A stretch of 37,336 bases of DNA from NCBI GenBank assembly GCA_905215615.1, contig CAJMQM010000002.1, positions 1 through 37,336 on the forward strand, read 5' to 3'. Shown in pieces: positions 27,037 to 35,831 of the stretch. Origin of the DNA: an uncultured bacterium (GTDB lineage: Bacteria > Bacillota > Clostridia > TANB77 > CAG-508). Numbering within the stretch: position 1 is the first letter of the stretch; every line of letters begins with the position of its first letter. Position numbers and translations under genes: made by a program. A model generated the notes under the pieces. That model was not told the origin of the DNA and searched no databases. It was given only the letters and a program-made list of their open reading frames with translations.

Positions 27037-27864
27037 ATGTTGGGGGTTATGATGAAACAAAAAAATATGAGATTATTTATAATGGTTGCAACATGTTTTA
27101 TATTTATTTTTACATTTGCAGTAGCTAATGAAAATAAATTAAAAACAGTTGAAACAAGTGCAAGTACAGCATTAAGCAATGAAAAAATAGGTTGGGGAAT
27201 AAAAAGAAACGATAACCATGAGCAACCAGATTTAGGAACAAAAAACAAAATGATAATAGATAAACTTAATGGAATAGCTATGGGCAACAAGGAAAAGCCA
27301 TATGTATATTTAACATTTGACGGAGGTTATGAAGCAGGTTATACAGAAAAAATATTAGATGTGTTAAAGCAAAATGATGTAAAGGCTACTTTTTTTATCA
27401 CAGGTCATTATCTAAATACTAAACCAGACTTAGTAAAAAGGATGATAGATGAAGGACATATAATAGGAAATCATACAGTAAATCATAAAAGTATGCCAGA
27501 TATAGATAACGAAACAATAAAAAAAGAAGTAATGGATTTACACACAGCTGTATATGAAAAGTTTGGCTATGAAATGAAATATATTAGACCACCAAAAGGT
27601 GAATATAGTGAAAGAACAATTGATTATACAAACAGTTTAGGTTACAAAACTGTTATGTGGTCTTTTGCATATGATGATTGGGATGAAAACAGACAAGATA
27701 GAGAAGAATATGGCAAAAAGAAAATTTTAGATAATGTGCATAATGGGGAAATTATGTTATTACACTCTACTTCAAAAGATAATAGTAATATATTAGATTA
27801 TTGCATAAAAGAAATAAAAAATATGGGGTATGAATTTAAGAGTTTAGATGAATTTGAAGGCTAG
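27037..27864 (+). CDS. pdaA: Polysaccharide deacetylase, PdaA-like (delta-lactam biosynthetic de-N-acetylase)
   Basis: YLTFDGGYEAGYTEKILDVLKQNDVKATFFITGHYL...EGHIIGNHTVNH matches the NodB/PdaA motifs. N-terminal signal-like hydrophobic segment. The exact start is uncertain (several Met codons between 27037 and 27067). Confidence 0.8.
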   Translation: MLGVMMKQKNMRLFIMVATCFIFIFTFAVANENKLKTVETSASTALSNEKIGWGIKRNDNHEQPDLGTKNKMIIDKLNGIAMGNKEKPYVYLTFDGGYEAGYTEKILDVLKQNDVKATFFITGHYLNTKPDLVKRMIDEGHIIGNHTVNHKSMPDIDNETIKKEVMDLHTAVYEKFGYEMKYIRPPKGEYSERTIDYTNSLGYKTVMWSFAYDDWDENRQDREEYGKKKILDNVHNGEIMLLHSTSKDNSNILDYCIKEIKNMGYEFKSLDEFEG

Positions 27865-27965
27865 AGATATATAATATAAAAGTTTAATAGAAGCTGCAAC
27901 CTAGATAATATGGAAAAAATCTAAAATATGTAACTTTAAATTAACGAGAGGGAAAGGAATTTTAT

Positions 27966-28265
27966 ATGAAAAGAAACAAAAAAAAGAGTGTAAGTAAATT
28001 AGATAAATTATTAGAATTACCAGATGAATTAATTTCTAATGAACCAAAGATAACTATAATATCTTTTAATAAATGCTTAATTGAAAATTATAAATCTATA
28101 CTTGAATATCAAGAGTTTTACATCAGGCTAAGTACTTACATAGGAATTATAAATATAAATGGTTTTAATATGAAGTTAAATGAAATGACAAATGATGATT
28201 TATTAATAGAAGGAAAAATTGAGAGTATAGATTTTGAAAGTACAGTAGAAAACGAGGGGGAATAG
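27966..28265 (+). CDS. yqfC: Sporulation protein YqfC (YabP family)
   Basis: 99 aa with LELPDELISNEPKITIISFNKCLIENYKSILEYQEFYIRL typical of YqfC. Followed by yqfD. Confidence 0.8.
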   Translation: MKRNKKKSVSKLDKLLELPDELISNEPKITIISFNKCLIENYKSILEYQEFYIRLSTYIGIININGFNMKLNEMTNDDLLIEGKIESIDFESTVENEGE

Positions 28266-28267
28266 TT

Positions 28268-29452
28268 TTGCAATTAAAAGTATTACTAGGTTATATTTCA
28301 GGTTATGTAGAGATAAAAGTAGAAGGGTATTTTATAGAAAAATTTATTAATAATTGTTTAAAAAATAATATTTTTCTATGGAATATAAAAAGAAGCAAAT
28401 CTACTATTATGATGTGTAATATTAGAATAGTAGATTTAAAAAAAATAAAACCAATATTAAAGAAAACAAAATGCAGAATAAGAATAGAGAAAAAAAGAGG
28501 ACTACCTTTTATCTTTAATAAATATAAAAAAAGAAAAATTTTTGCATTGTTAATACTATTAATTGCATTAATAATTATTGCATTATCTAATTTTGTATGG
28601 AATATAGAAATAGAAGGAACAGAAAACATAGAAAGCTCAGAAATAATTAAAACTTTAGAAGATGAAGGTCTATATATAGGAAAATTTAAGCCTAGTTTAA
28701 ATTCTAAAGAAATTATAAACAAGTTAAGGCTTGACAGAGATGATATCGCATGGGTTGGTATTGAGCTAAAAGGAACAAATGCAATAGTTAAAATAGTGGA
28801 AGCCGAAGAAAAGCCAGAAATAATAGATGAAGAAGAATATTGTAATATTGTTGCAACAAAAGATGGGGTTATTTCAAAAATAATGGCTCAAAATGGTACA
28901 CCCCTAGTAAAAGAAGGTGACTTAGTAAAGAAAGGTACTATATTAATAGGAGGATGGCTTGAAGGAAAATATACAGGAACTAGGTATGTGCACTCAAATG
29001 GGCAAGTTGAGGCAAAAGTTTGGTATACACAAAAAGAAAGAGTATATTTAAAAGAAGCAAAAAAAGAAGAAACTGGGCAGGTTGAAAATAAATATTCCGT
29101 AAATATAAATAATTTTAAAATAAATTTTAATAAAAGGGTTTCAAAATTTAAAAATTATGATACAATAAAAGAGACAAAAAAATTAAAGTTATTTTCTAAT
29201 TTTTATTTACCAATAGAAATAGTAAAAACAACTTACAAAGAGTACAACAATACAGAAATAGTACATACTATTGAAGAAGCTAAAACAATTGGTATTGAAA
29301 GGGCAAAAGATAAATTAAATGTGCAAATAGAAAATACTAGCAACATAACTGATGAACAAATTAATGTAAGTGAAGGAGCAGAATTTGTTGATGTAGAAGT
29401 TACTTATGAGGTCAAGGAAAATATAGGGACAAAAGAAAAGATAGTATTTTGA
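28268..29452 (+). CDS. yqfD: Sporulation protein YqfD
   Basis: 394 aa with one TM around aa 90-110. Size and position after yqfC fit. TTG start with RBS gaggggg. Confidence 0.8.
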   Translation: MQLKVLLGYISGYVEIKVEGYFIEKFINNCLKNNIFLWNIKRSKSTIMMCNIRIVDLKKIKPILKKTKCRIRIEKKRGLPFIFNKYKKRKIFALLILLIALIIIALSNFVWNIEIEGTENIESSEIIKTLEDEGLYIGKFKPSLNSKEIINKLRLDRDDIAWVGIELKGTNAIVKIVEAEEKPEIIDEEEYCNIVATKDGVISKIMAQNGTPLVKEGDLVKKGTILIGGWLEGKYTGTRYVHSNGQVEAKVWYTQKERVYLKEAKKEETGQVENKYSVNINNFKINFNKRVSKFKNYDTIKETKKLKLFSNFYLPIEIVKTTYKEYNNTEIVHTIEEAKTIGIERAKDKLNVQIENTSNITDEQINVSEGAEFVDVEVTYEVKENIGTKEKIVF

Positions 29453-29466
29453 AAGGAAGAGTGCAT

Positions 29467-30690
29467 ATGGAAGAAAGAAGTTTAAGAGTATACAATTCAG
29501 AGAGAACATTTTTTAATAAAATAGCTAATGGATTAACAAAAATGTTAATTCCAACTAAAATAGGAATAAATGGTTTCCTAATATCAATAAAAAGAACTAA
29601 CATTTTAAAGGCATACGAAGAAGTAAAGAAAAATGCAAATATAGCAGATGAAGACAAAAAAGAAATGTTAGATAAAAAATATGAAGATATGTATGCTTTA
29701 TATTTAGAATCAATAGATAAATACATAATGGATTCTATTTATAAAAAAGTAAAAACAGATACAGCAAGCGATTTCGAAAAAAATGCTTTGTCAAATTATT
29801 ATAATATAATCCAATTAAAAGATAATGATTATACAGAATTCAAATATAAAAAGCAAATATATTTGTTGGGCTTAGACTATGACAATATAGAATCACATGG
29901 AAAAAATCAAACAATAGAAAGATATAGAGCTTTTTATGGAAGTGAAATGGAAACATTATATAAAGGGCTTTTAAAACACTATTCTATAAAATTATCAGAT
30001 AATTTAACAGCAGGAGATAGAGATATTGTTTACAATAAAATATTTAACACATTAGCAGACTATGTAGAAAATATTTTACCAATAAAAATGCAAGAAGATG
30101 GGGAAAAATATAAAGAAGTTGTAGAAGAATACAATAATTTCGATAAATTTACAATTGGTAAGCTTGACCAAAATGATGTAATAGAAAAGAATTTAATTCT
30201 AATAGGAATTAGTAGAAAATTATTTACACATAGTCTACCTTTAGTAGTTGCAGAACGTTGCTATATTAAATTACTAAAAGATGCTAGAAACTTAATTGTA
30301 GATACAAAAATATTAAGAAAAAAAGAAAAAGCATATTCATTGTTAATTAATATAATAGAGGAATATAACTTAAGAGTATTATTAACAAAAATTTACTGGG
30401 ACAAGCCAGAACTAAGAGAAGAATATAAAGAGTTTTCTAAGAAATTTAAAGAAGTAGATAAACTAAAAAATACAAATAAAGAAGAATATTTAAAACAAAA
30501 ACAAATTTTATTCTTAAAAGCAGACTTAAATAAAGTTTATCAAAATGAAAATCGTTACTATAAAATTATAAAATTCTATAAAGACAAGCTTGTAGAATTA
30601 GGAGCCATGAGAAAATTAAGAAATGGCTGTATGTCATATGGCTATTATGTAAAAGCAGATAAAAAATTAAAAAAAGTTGTTAATAAATAG
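29467..30690 (+). CDS. Hypothetical protein (407 aa), Lys/Glu-rich and predicted helical, no recognisable domain
   Basis: The ATG at 29467 follows RBS aaggaag by 7 nt. Tightly packed between yqfD (stop 29452) and ybeY (start 30700). No TM segment and no catalytic motif recognised. Confidence 0.6.
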   Translation: MEERSLRVYNSERTFFNKIANGLTKMLIPTKIGINGFLISIKRTNILKAYEEVKKNANIADEDKKEMLDKKYEDMYALYLESIDKYIMDSIYKKVKTDTASDFEKNALSNYYNIIQLKDNDYTEFKYKKQIYLLGLDYDNIESHGKNQTIERYRAFYGSEMETLYKGLLKHYSIKLSDNLTAGDRDIVYNKIFNTLADYVENILPIKMQEDGEKYKEVVEEYNNFDKFTIGKLDQNDVIEKNLILIGISRKLFTHSLPLVVAERCYIKLLKDARNLIVDTKILRKKEKAYSLLINIIEEYNLRVLLTKIYWDKPELREEYKEFSKKFKEVDKLKNTNKEEYLKQKQILFLKADLNKVYQNENRYYKIIKFYKDKLVELGAMRKLRNGCMSYGYYVKADKKLKKVVNK

Positions 30691-30699
30691 GGGGCACTT

Positions 30700-31191
30700 A
30701 TGAGAATTACATCTGAAATAATTCTTAAAGGAGTAAAAGAAAAAGATAGTCACGAAGATTTAATTGACAGGATTGTAACAAAATGTTTTGAAGTAGAAAA
30801 CTTAGATGAAAATAAAGTATACATTTCAATAACATTAACAACCCCAGAAGAAATAAGAGAAATAAATAAGCAATATAGAAATATAGACAAAGAAACAGAC
30901 GTACTATCTTTTCCCATTTTTGAAAAGAAAGATATAGACATGCTTAGAAAAAATGGAGAAATTGTGGACGAAGATGCACCACAAGAAGTTTTAGGAGATA
31001 TTGTAATATCTGTAAAAAGGGTAGAAGAACAAGCAAAAGAATATGGACATAGTGTTGAAAGAGAACTTGCATATATGATAGTACATGGTTTTTACCATTT
31101 AATGGGGTATGACCACATAGAAGAAGCAGATAAAAAAATTATGAGAGAAAAAGAGGAAAACGTTTTAAAAAGTTTAGATATAGTTAGATAA
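30700..31191 (+). CDS. ybeY: rRNA maturation endoribonuclease YbeY
   Basis: HGFYHLMGYDH zinc motif; 163 aa. Confidence 0.92.
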   Translation: MRITSEIILKGVKEKDSHEDLIDRIVTKCFEVENLDENKVYISITLTTPEEIREINKQYRNIDKETDVLSFPIFEKKDIDMLRKNGEIVDEDAPQEVLGDIVISVKRVEEQAKEYGHSVERELAYMIVHGFYHLMGYDHIEEADKKIMREKEENVLKSLDIVR

Positions 31192-31208
31192 AGGAATGGT
31201 CATTTAAT

Positions 31209-32000
31209 ATGAAGAAAGACAATAACGAAAAAAAAGAAACTAAAAAAAACTCAAAAGAAACAATTAACTCAGATAAAAGAATAAAAAATAGTGGATTTAT
31301 AGATGCTTGGAAAAACGCTATAAATGGTATTATTTATGCAACAACTACACAAAGCAATATTAAGAAACAACTTATTATTGCTGTTGTAGTTGTTGTTATT
31401 AGTTTATTTTTTAATTTATCAAAAGCAGAATTTTTATGTTTCTTATTTACTATAATATTAATTTTATTTGCAGAAATGACTAATACTGCAATAGAAACAG
31501 TAGTAGACTTATGCACAGAAGTGTATCATCCAAAAGCAAAAATTGCTAAAGATGTTGCAGCAGGAGGAGTTGTTATAACTGCTATAAATGCAGTAATTGT
31601 AGCATATTTCTTATTTTTCGACAAAATAAGTGAAATGGGAATTGCCTTTATACAAAATGTGGCGTCATCACCTCAGCATTTGGCATTTTCTGTAGTAATG
31701 ATTGTAATTATAGCAGTTTTAGCATTGATAGCATTTTCTAGAACTAACAAGCATAAAATATTTAATGAAAAATTTATACCAAGTGGGCATGCAACTATTG
31801 CTTTTGCAGCAAATACTATAATATGGATTTCTACAAGAAATCCAGTAATACTAGTATTATCACTTGTAATGGCAATATTAATAGCAGAAAGCAGAATACA
31901 AGCAAAAGAGCATAAACTTTCTGAGGTAGTCTTTAGTGGATGCTTAGGAACAATATTAGTATTAGTTTTATATGGTATAGCTAGGTTATTTATTATATAA
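31209..32000 (+). CDS. dgkA: Diacylglycerol/undecaprenol kinase (DgkA) fused to a minimal PAP2-like phosphatase module
   Basis: Residues ~30-140 carry DgkA features (AEMTNTAIETVVD, AKDVAAGGV). Residues ~150-263 add three TM segments carrying PSGH and SRIQAKEH(x3)E, i.e. PAP2 motifs C2 and C3. Confidence 0.8.
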   Translation: MKKDNNEKKETKKNSKETINSDKRIKNSGFIDAWKNAINGIIYATTTQSNIKKQLIIAVVVVVISLFFNLSKAEFLCFLFTIILILFAEMTNTAIETVVDLCTEVYHPKAKIAKDVAAGGVVITAINAVIVAYFLFFDKISEMGIAFIQNVASSPQHLAFSVVMIVIIAVLALIAFSRTNKHKIFNEKFIPSGHATIAFAANTIIWISTRNPVILVLSLVMAILIAESRIQAKEHKLSEVVFSGCLGTILVLVLYGIARLFII

Positions 32001-32073
32001 ATAATGTCCATGTGGTAATGCAAACACTTTTGAAAGGAGAAAGTATAATATTTATATTATACAATATAAAAAT

Positions 32074-33120
32074 ATGAGAAATACAAATCAAAAAGGTGGA
32101 TTAAAAATTTTAATAGGAATTTTAATAGTTTTAATTCTTGCAGCAGGAGCACTTTTAGTAATGAAATACTTACAAAGTAACCAAACTGAAAAAACTTCAA
32201 ATGAAAATGTAGATGGAACTGAAGCGCAAGAGGAAGGAGAAAAGCCTGTTACATTTTCAGGAACAGATAGACCAATTGCAATTATGATAGACAACCATAA
32301 AAATGCTATGCCACAAGCCAATCTTTCAGAAGCAGAATTAGTTTATGAAATTATAGTAGAATATGGCGAAACTAGGTTAATGGCAATATATAAAGGTGAT
32401 GATTTAGACAAAATAGGTCCAATAAGAAGTGCTAGACATTATTTTGTAGACTATGCTTTAGAAAATGATGCTATATATGTACATTATGGAGAAAGCCCAC
32501 AAGCAGAAGAAGCAATAAAAAAATATTTTGTACCAGACATAAATGGAATAAATGAAAGCGAAGACTATTTCTGGAGAACTAGCGACAGATATGCACCACA
32601 CAATGTTGTAACAAGTACAAAAAGTATATTAAAAATAGCAGAAGAAAAAGGTTATAGAACAACCTCAAATGAAGATAGTGTACTAAATTATGTTGTAGAT
32701 GAAGTAAACCTTGAGGAAGGACAAAATGCACAAAGTATTACTATTCCTTATTCAGAATATAATACTGTAAGTTATGAATATGATAGTGAAAATAAAAATT
32801 ATGTAAGATATTCAAGAGATGTTAAACAAGTAGATTGGGACACAAAAGAACCAGTAACTGTTAAAAATATAATAATAGCTAAAGTAGAAAATAGTACTTT
32901 AAATGATGGAGCAGATAAAGACAGGCAAACAATAGATAACATAGGAACTTTAGAAGGTTATTATATAACTAATGGTAAAGCAATACCAATAACATGTGAA
33001 AAAGAATCTGTTACATCAAAAACAATTTACAAAGACCTAAATGGTAATGAAATAAAAGTAAATGATGGAAACACATTTATACAAATGTGTCCAGACGATT
33101 CAAATATAGTAATTGAATAA
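32074..33120 (+). CDS. DUF3048 (YerB-like) secreted/lipid-anchored protein
   Basis: N-terminal TM/signal segment, then RPIAIMIDNHKNAMPQANLSEAELVYEIIVEYGETRLMAIY, typical of DUF3048. 348 aa. Confidence 0.75.
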   Translation: MRNTNQKGGLKILIGILIVLILAAGALLVMKYLQSNQTEKTSNENVDGTEAQEEGEKPVTFSGTDRPIAIMIDNHKNAMPQANLSEAELVYEIIVEYGETRLMAIYKGDDLDKIGPIRSARHYFVDYALENDAIYVHYGESPQAEEAIKKYFVPDINGINESEDYFWRTSDRYAPHNVVTSTKSILKIAEEKGYRTTSNEDSVLNYVVDEVNLEEGQNAQSITIPYSEYNTVSYEYDSENKNYVRYSRDVKQVDWDTKEPVTVKNIIIAKVENSTLNDGADKDRQTIDNIGTLEGYYITNGKAIPITCEKESVTSKTIYKDLNGNEIKVNDGNTFIQMCPDDSNIVIE

Positions 33121-33186
33121 ATTTAAGAAAGGAGATATGATGTATTTATTTATAAAAAGTGAATAGATACATCATAAAAAATATAT

Positions 33187-33666
33187 ATGAGTTGTGTAGA
33201 CGAAAAAATAGTAGAAGAAACAAATAAAATATTAGAAGAATATAAACCGGAAAAAGATAATTTAATACCAATATTAAACGATATACAAGTTAAATTTGGC
33301 TATATACCTAAAAAGTCTCAAATAGAAATTTCTAAATATTTAGGTATTCCTATGGCAGAGATTTTTGGAGTAATAACATTTTATTCAAGATTTTCATTAG
33401 AACCAAAAGGAAAATACAACATATCTGTATGTCTTGGTACAGCTTGCTTTGTAAAAGGTTCGCAAGCAATATTTGATAGACTAAAAGAAAGACTAAAATT
33501 AGAAGATGGTCAAACAAGTGAAGATGGAAAATTTTCAATAGACACAACTAGGTGTGTAGGTGCATGCGGAATAGCACCAGTTTTTACAGTAAATAATGAG
33601 GTATATGGGCATGCAACAGTAAAAAAACTAGATGAAGTATTAGATAAACTAGAAAAAGAAGGATGA
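33187..33666 (+). CDS. NuoE-like [2Fe-2S] subunit (HydC-type) of an NAD(P)/ferredoxin-linked hydrogenase
   Basis: Thioredoxin-like [2Fe-2S] pattern CLGTAC...CVGACGIAP; 159 aa. Upstream of the nuoF-like and hydA genes. Confidence 0.85.
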   Translation: MSCVDEKIVEETNKILEEYKPEKDNLIPILNDIQVKFGYIPKKSQIEISKYLGIPMAEIFGVITFYSRFSLEPKGKYNISVCLGTACFVKGSQAIFDRLKERLKLEDGQTSEDGKFSIDTTRCVGACGIAPVFTVNNEVYGHATVKKLDEVLDKLEKEG

Positions 33667-33717
33667 AATTAAAATAGATTATTCAAATTACTTATTACTG
33701 TTAAAAGGAGGTCTTAG

Positions 33718-35574
33718 ATGAAAACTATAGAAGAATTAAATAAAATAAGAAGTGAAAAAAGAATAGAACTAGATTTAAGAAAAAACACAAATGCAGATAC
33801 AAGGGAAAAACATATTTTAGTATGTAATGGTACAGGGTGTACATCTTCAAAATCTCCACAAATATTAGAAAACTTTAAAAAGATAATAGAAGAAAAAGGT
33901 ATAAAAAATGTAAGAGTTATAAAAACAGGTTGCTTTGGATTATGTGCAAAAGGTCCAATTGTTATTATAAGACCAGAAGATACTTTTTATGCAATGGTAA
34001 AACCTGAAGACTGCGAAGAAATTATACAGTCACACATAGTCGAGGGCAAAGTTGTAGAAAGACTATTGTGTAAAGACATAGATGGAAAAAAGGTAAAAAG
34101 ATTAGATGACCTTACATTTTATAAAAAGCAAAAAAGAATTGCGTTAAAAAATTGTGGTGTAATAAACCCAGAAGAAATAGACGAATACATAGCATTTGAT
34201 GGTTATAGAGCATTAGCTAGAGTGCTAATAGAAATGACACAAGACGAAGTAATAGAAACTATAGATAAATCTGGCTTACGTGGAAGAGGTGGAGCAGGTT
34301 TCCTAACTGGAAGAAAGTGGAGATCTACCAAAGAAGCAAAAGGAGAGAAAAAATTTGTTGTATGTAATGCAGATGAGGGAGACCCAGGAGCTTTCATGGA
34401 CAGAAGTATATTGGAGGGAGACCCACATAGTGTATTAGAAGCAATGGAAATTGCAGGTTATGCAATAGGAGCAGAAAAAGGTTACATATATGTAAGAGCA
34501 GAATACCCAATTGCTGTAAATAGATTACAAATAGCTATTAATCAAGCAAGAGAATATGGAATACTTGGGAAAAACATATTTAACACTGGATTTAACTTTG
34601 ATATAGAAATAAGACTAGGTGCAGGAGCCTTTGTATGTGGAGAGGAAACAGCACTTTTAGAATCAATAGAAGGAAAACGCGGACAGCCAAGAGTAAAACC
34701 TCCATACCCAGCACAAGCAGGTTTGTGGGGCTACCCAACTTTAATAAATAATGTAGAAACATATGCAAATGTTGCACAAATTATATTAAAAGGTGCAGAG
34801 TGGTATTCTTCAATCGGTACAAAAAACTCAAAAGGAACAAAAGTATTTGCATTAGGTGGAAATGTTAATAATGTAGGATTAGTAGAAGTTCCAATGGGAA
34901 CAACCTTAAGAGAAATAGTTTATGATATAGGTGGAGGAATTCCAAATGGAAGAGAATTTAAGGCAGCACAAACTGGAGGACCATCTGGTGGTTGTATTCC
35001 AAAAGAGCATTTAGATACTCCAATAGATTATGAATCTTTAAAAGAAATAGGTTCTATGATGGGCTCAGGTGGGCTTATAGTAATGGATGATACCAAATGT
35101 ATGGTATGTTTAGCAAAATTTTATTTACAATTTACAGTTAGTGAAAGTTGTGGCAAATGTACACCATGTAGAATTGGAACAAAAAGGATGTTAGAAATAC
35201 TTGAAAAATTATGCAATGGTGAAGGAAATGAATACGATATTTATAGATTAGAAAAACTTGCTGTAAATATTCAAAAAGCTAGCATCTGTGGTTTAGGGCA
35301 AAGTGCACCAAATCCAGTTATAAGTACACTTAAGTACTTTAGAGAAGAATTTAGACAACATGCAATAGAAAAAGAGTGTAAAGCAATGGAGTGTAAAGCA
35401 CTAGCAAAAATAGAAATAGATGAGGAAAAGTGCAAAGCTTGTGGATTATGCCAAAGAAATTGTCCAGTAAATGCAATTGAAGGAGAAGGAAGAGAAAAAA
35501 GACATATTAATCAAGATAAGTGTATTAAGTGTATGACGTGTGTTAGGGCTTGTCCGTTCCACGCTATAGGCTAG
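33718..35574 (+). CDS. NuoF-like flavoprotein subunit (HydB-type) with extra Fe-S domains
   Basis: N-terminal [2Fe-2S] CNGTGC...CFGLC, FMN/NADH core GRGGAGF, CGKCTPCR [4Fe-4S], and two C-terminal ferredoxin motifs (CKACGLCQRNCP, CIKCMTCVRACP). 618 aa. Confidence 0.9.
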   Translation: MKTIEELNKIRSEKRIELDLRKNTNADTREKHILVCNGTGCTSSKSPQILENFKKIIEEKGIKNVRVIKTGCFGLCAKGPIVIIRPEDTFYAMVKPEDCEEIIQSHIVEGKVVERLLCKDIDGKKVKRLDDLTFYKKQKRIALKNCGVINPEEIDEYIAFDGYRALARVLIEMTQDEVIETIDKSGLRGRGGAGFLTGRKWRSTKEAKGEKKFVVCNADEGDPGAFMDRSILEGDPHSVLEAMEIAGYAIGAEKGYIYVRAEYPIAVNRLQIAINQAREYGILGKNIFNTGFNFDIEIRLGAGAFVCGEETALLESIEGKRGQPRVKPPYPAQAGLWGYPTLINNVETYANVAQIILKGAEWYSSIGTKNSKGTKVFALGGNVNNVGLVEVPMGTTLREIVYDIGGGIPNGREFKAAQTGGPSGGCIPKEHLDTPIDYESLKEIGSMMGSGGLIVMDDTKCMVCLAKFYLQFTVSESCGKCTPCRIGTKRMLEILEKLCNGEGNEYDIYRLEKLAVNIQKASICGLGQSAPNPVISTLKYFREEFRQHAIEKECKAMECKALAKIEIDEEKCKACGLCQRNCPVNAIEGEGREKRHINQDKCIKCMTCVRACPFHAIG

Positions 35575-35693
35575 TTTGCAAGATAAGCTGCGTATTACGT
35601 CGTCGAAATTTATTAAAAAATCCTCAACGTACACAAAGTACGCCTCCGGTTTTTTAATGAATTTCTCCTAGTACTACTTGCTTCTTTTGCAAA
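35575..35693. repeat. Palindromic ~119-bp intergenic element with 14-bp terminal inverted repeats (MITE/REP-like)
   Basis: Ends are tttgcaagataagc and gcttcttttgcaaa. An internal arm gaaatttattaaaaaatcc pairs with ggttttttaatgaatttc. Apical cgtac/gtacg hairpin. It starts at the first base after the hydB-like stop. Confidence 0.6.
35634..35674 (+). repeat. Direct repeat copy 1 (41 nt) in the hydB-hydA spacer
   Basis: caaagtacgcctccggttttttaatgaatttctcctagtac; 35/41 identical to copy 2. Confidence 0.75.
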
Positions 35694-35735
35694 CAATGGA
35701 TTAAAAAAATTACATTTAATTAGTCTAAAACGAAG

Positions 35736-35776
35736 CAAAGTACGCCTTCGGTTTTTTACTAAATTTTGCCTAGAAC
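35736..35776 (+). repeat. Direct repeat copy 2 (41 nt), including a terminator-like hairpin
   Basis: caaagtacgccttcggttttttactaaattttgcctagaac. The flanking aaaacgaag ... cttcggtttttt forms a stem plus T-run. Confidence 0.75.
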
Positions 35777-35831
35777 CTTTGATTAATTTAAAGTGATTAT
35801 AATATAAAATAAAATAGGAAGAGTGATAAAA

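Noticed and set aside
35575-35780. CRISPR-like array in the hydB-hydA spacer
   Set aside because: There are only two imperfect 41-nt copies at a 102-nt period. They are part of a larger palindromic unit, and no cas genes or regular repeat-spacer structure are present.
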